Positions 38,696 through 41,959 of a stretch of DNA of 41,959 nt are shown here, one piece after another. Under the pieces are notes generated by a model. That model saw only the letters and a program-made list of their open reading frames with translations. It did no database searches and was not told the DNA's origin. Position 1 is the stretch's first letter, and each line of letters begins with the position of its first letter. The stretch is from Chrysochromulina tobinii (taxonomy: Eukaryota): assembly GCA_001275005.1 (NCBI GenBank), contig JWZX01003363.1:1-41959 (forward strand). The letters are read 5' to 3'. A program made the position numbers and the translations under genes.

Positions 38696-38798
38696 CTGCG
38701 GCGGCGAGCAGAGCGGGGCAGGCTACGTCAGGCGAGACGTCGCGGCGACAGAGGCGCCACGCAGGTGCAAATGAGCTGGGTCGCACTTGAGGAAAAGG
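38696..38798 (-). promoter_or_regulatory. Putative RPL35 5'UTR intron (38786-38696) preceded by pyrimidine tract CCTTTTCCTC (5'TOP-like)
   Basis: Minus strand reads CCTTTTCCTCAA|GTGCGA...CCGCAG|GCAGCCATG. Confidence 0.55.
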
Positions 38799-38953
38799 CC
38801 GGCCTCGTGTCTGGGCGTTGTCACGGGCGATTTCTCGACTTGACGTGTTCTTCTATGTTCGCGCGCTGGGATGGTTGCCTAGCAAGTTTTTTCCAATGGG
38901 AAAATGGGAAAAACTCCTTCTCTGTTTTCACAGAATTGAAACTGTGAAAACCC

Positions 38954-39751
38954 ATGGCGGCGTTCTGCTTATTGCTTCTCGTGGCAGCCTGCAAAGAGCC
39001 CTTCGCTCGGCTCCCCGGCGGCGTGCCAAAGCCGCCTTCGAGCATCGCACAAAATCGAAGAGCGCGGCGCCAACACTTGCAGCCGCCGGGATCGCCGCCG
39101 CCACCTCCACCGATGCCAGCAACCACCTTGCAGCCAGCAGTGCTAGCCGGCGTCGTCGAAAACCATGCATTCGAACAGTTTTATTTTGACGAGAGCTGTA
39201 GAGCGCTGCTTCTCGAGCTCCTCGAGGGCTACGAGCGGCCGCTCCTCTTGTGCTGCCCATCGATGGCGGTCGCAGCGGAAGAGGCTGGCAAACCGTACCT
39301 TCTGCTCGACCGCGATGAGCGCTTCAGCTTTCTCTCCGCCTATCGGCCGTTCGACTTGTTCAACCCAACCGTGCTCGATGACGCGTACGACGTCATTTTG
39401 TGCGACCCTCCCTTTGCCAATCTGGACCTCGACACGCTGCGCACCGCGCTCGATGTGATGGCGCCCGATGCGCAGTCTCGTGCGGCGCCGCTCTACATTG
39501 CCTACAATTCTCGACGCGAGCAAGAACTGCTGAAAGCTTTTGGGACGCTTGAGCGCAAACTTCCGCTCACGTATTGCTCGGTGAAGCCGAAGACGCAGCA
39601 GTACCTGTATTTGTACGGGCCAGAAAGCGTGCGCGCAATGGGAGGGCGAGACGGCCTCGAGGATGACGGATCCGACTCCGACGAACGATCACGAACGTCG
39701 AAGCTAGCCGCTCCGGGAAAAGGGGGTCGACCCCAGACCCCTTGCCATTGA
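38954..39751 (+). CDS. EEF1AKMT1/N6AMT2-like class I methyltransferase with N-terminal hydrophobic leader
   Basis: EQFYFD, LLLCCPS, LLDRDERF, FDLFNP and DVILCDPPF motifs occur in the family order. Confidence 0.75.
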   Translation: MAAFCLLLLVAACKEPFARLPGGVPKPPSSIAQNRRARRQHLQPPGSPPPPPPMPATTLQPAVLAGVVENHAFEQFYFDESCRALLLELLEGYERPLLLCCPSMAVAAEEAGKPYLLLDRDERFSFLSAYRPFDLFNPTVLDDAYDVILCDPPFANLDLDTLRTALDVMAPDAQSRAAPLYIAYNSRREQELLKAFGTLERKLPLTYCSVKPKTQQYLYLYGPESVRAMGGRDGLEDDGSDSDERSRTSKLAAPGKGGRPQTPCH

Positions 39752-40066
39752 GTAACTTTCTCCCTCGAAGAGACGAAGGTCCAGTATTTGGAGTATAAGT
39801 AGTAACTTTAAGTTCAAATTGTTTAAGTTAGTAACTAGCGAGTAGTCGACTCTTAACGGTTCACCAACAATAAAGGTAAAAGGATCCCGGGTGGCAATCC
39901 CCCGAGCTCACCGCTACGCGCCACGGCCACGGCGACAGTGGTCGCCAACCGCGCAGGCAGCTCACGCGACACGCCAACGCCGCGCCAGCTCGCGCCGCTC
40001 TCTATCTCAGGGCTCCACGCCCCGACGTCTGTCGGCAGCGCGTTCGCCTCCGCTTCATCAGCACGT

Positions 40067-41233
40067 TCATCGGATGACGAGCAGTTGCGTCGATGGCTGC
40101 CGAGTGTATCGTTTCGTCGGTTCCGGCCGGTGGCATCCCGCTTGGGCAAGTACGCGCCCCTGCTGCGCGGCCGTGGGCGGGCGAGGCGGCGGCGGCGGCG
40201 GCATCCAGAGCGGGACGAGCCGGTGGATCTCGTGCGCCGCCTCGGTCCCACCATGGAGTGCGAGCAGGTGCATCGTCTCATCCATGAGCTCCCCAATCGA
40301 GATTGAGTAATCACTGCCGCTCGTGGCGAGGCTCGATCGGCTCTTGAACAGGTTGAAGACGGGAAGGATGTGGCGAAAGTAGGGCGCGAGCAGCGCACCG
40401 ACCGTCTGGCCGCTTGCCGGGTCCGTGCCCGGCACTTTGACCAGCTGCTGCAGGGCGGTGATCGCGCGCCGGACCGTGTCGATCTTTCGTGTGTTGAGCG
40501 CCTGGCGGAGGGGCAGGATAAGCAGCGGCAGCACGGGGCCGACGCGCGCGGCATCGGCGTGCGCGGGCGCGAGCAGCTCGGCCATCCCGGTGGCGGCGAG
40601 GAAGCGGCACGGCTCCGACTCCTCGCGCAGCCCGTCGAAGAAGAGTGGCAGCATCACGTTGTAGTCGAGCGCGCGCAGGAAGCGCGTCCTGGCCGCCTCG
40701 TACTCGGGCCCGCCGAGCGCGCCCGCGCTAGACAGGGCGGAGGCCCTATCCGGCGCGGGCACGTCGCGCACCGCCCATCGCACATACTTGGCCACGCCGC
40801 CGTTGACGCGAATCGGCAGGTCGCCGCGGTCGTACACAACCTTGAAGATGGTCGGCGGGGCAGCCTGTTCCTTGTACGCGCCCGCGCTTGGCGGCCTGGG
40901 CCGCGGCGGACGACTTGCCACGCAGCGTGTCGCTTCGTCCGCGACGCCGTGCAGCTTGCGCGGCAGCACTTCCTTGATGTCCTTGGGGGCGTGCCGCCCG
41001 CCGAGACCGCCGTAGCCGCCGCCCCCGCCGCCGCCGCCGCCCACTCCACGCTTTTGAAAGCGAGGTCCCGGCGCCGTCGCTGGCCTAGCCGTTGGATCCA
41101 CAAAGTAGGTGGATCCAGAGTCCGAGGGCGCGCGCTCCACGGCGAACGTGTCATAGCGGCGCTGCACGGTCGACGGGCGGAGGTCCATAGTGGCCGGCCG
41201 GTAGATGAGAGGAGGGTACGGTTGGAGAGGCAT
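40067..41233 (-). CDS. PACRG: PACRG-family (parkin co-regulated) axonemal protein, ~388 aa
   Basis: FKVVYDRGDLPI, LDY..LPLFFDGLRE..EP.RFLA, LPLLILPLRQALNT and GALLAPYFRHILPVFNLFK motifs. May be a divergent paralogue. Confidence 0.85.
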   Translation of the reverse strand: MPLQPYPPLIYRPATMDLRPSTVQRRYDTFAVERAPSDSGSTYFVDPTARPATAPGPRFQKRGVGGGGGGGGGYGGLGGRHAPKDIKEVLPRKLHGVADEATRCVASRPPRPRPPSAGAYKEQAAPPTIFKVVYDRGDLPIRVNGGVAKYVRWAVRDVPAPDRASALSSAGALGGPEYEAARTRFLRALDYNVMLPLFFDGLREESEPCRFLAATGMAELLAPAHADAARVGPVLPLLILPLRQALNTRKIDTVRRAITALQQLVKVPGTDPASGQTVGALLAPYFRHILPVFNLFKSRSSLATSGSDYSISIGELMDETMHLLALHGGTEAAHEIHRLVPLWMPPPPPPRPPTAAQQGRVLAQAGCHRPEPTKRYTRQPSTQLLVIR

Positions 41234-41725
41234 TGTGAATGTGAGAACGGCTTTTAATAATACTCGGGAAAAGGTCCGTACAGCCCCCCATCGGCCCGCA
41301 TCTCTCGACACGCACATACAGTATCTAGCGTGACGCGCGATTAGTACCGAGTACCGTCCTAATTCACCTCATGGAAGCGGCCTGGCGAGCTGTGTTGAGG
41401 AAAGGAGCGCGGTTGGTTTGTACCCGATGGTACAGACCGCCCGGCTGCGGATGGGAGGCAGAGGTCCGGGCCAACTCCGGGGCGTGCCGATGGAGATGGA
41501 GATGGACTCGGACATGTACCAGTTCAGATTCCAGTCTACCCACTCGAATCCGCCCCTATCGAATCCGGGGAGTGCCGATGGTACAAACGGTGTTCAGACG
41601 ATTCAGTGTCACAGTGTGCGATGGCGATGGCGACAGCGGTCTCCACGGCGGCAGCGGCGGCGGCGGCGTCGCTCTGATATACCGATGGCGTTTGGGCATG
41701 CGTTTGGGTTTGCGGCGCTTGGCCG

Positions 41726-41959
41726 CTTGCGCGGGCGGGCGGCCTGCGCGCCGCGGGCTACCACGCCGACCTGCCCGACGGCAAGCGGCGCGCCATCGAG
41801 GCCGCGTACCTTGGAGGCAAGCTCGACCTGGTGTGCGCCACGCGCGACTCGTTTGGCCTGGGCATCGACCAGCAGCACGAGCGGCTGGTGACCGGCGCCG
41901 GCCTGCACCGCCCGCCGTGGACGTGCACGCCGAGTGGCAGCGGGCGATGGCCAGACGGG
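41726..41959 (+). pseudogene. Degenerate RecQ-like helicase C-terminal (RecA2) fragment, cut by the window end
   Basis: Frame from 41741 reads GLRAAGYHADLPDGKRRAIEAAYLGGKLDLVCATRDSFGLGIDQQHERLV, matching RecQ YHAGL..VVAT.AFGMGID..VR.V. Not in the ORF track. Confidence 0.6.

Noticed and set aside
39845..39891. GTCGACTCT...AGGATCCCGGG resembling a pUC polylinker
   Set aside because: Interrupted by ~27 unrelated bases with no other vector sequence; likely chance in an AT-rich terminator region containing AATAAA.

Overview
GC-rich, gene-dense eukaryotic nuclear DNA. It has spliceosomal GT-AG introns, cytosolic 60S ribosomal protein genes, ciliary genes and short divergent promoters. Composition, GTGCGC-type donors and a GATGACCTCT-type intron repeat suggest a haptophyte alga (Chrysochromulina-like); this is inference, not a search result. 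About 20 protein genes are supported: SURF4, an LRR protein, a gelsolin-tailed MAPK phosphatase, RPL18, a multidomain otubain, a large FN3/WSC protein, a thioesterase, a HEAT protein, a secreted knottin-like protein, a PH-PI3K-like kinase, an ankyrin-RING protein, a MOV10/SDE3-like helicase, CCP5/AGBL5, an ankyrin protein, RPL35, an EEF1AKMT1-like methyltransferase, PACRG-like and several unknowns, plus a degenerate RecQ fragment. No rRNA, tRNA, CRISPR array or transposase was recognised. Most interesting: (1) an apparently young repeat-derived intron that duplicates exon sequence and contains a copy of the intronless junction; (2) a MOV10-like helicase carrying cold-shock and winged-helix modules separated by recently duplicated linkers; (3) a PI3K-like catalytic domain split by a ~560-aa insert; (4) unusual otubain and FN3 architectures. 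Several 1-nt frameshifts fall in homopolymer runs and may be assembly errors. All domain calls come from motif recognition by eye.
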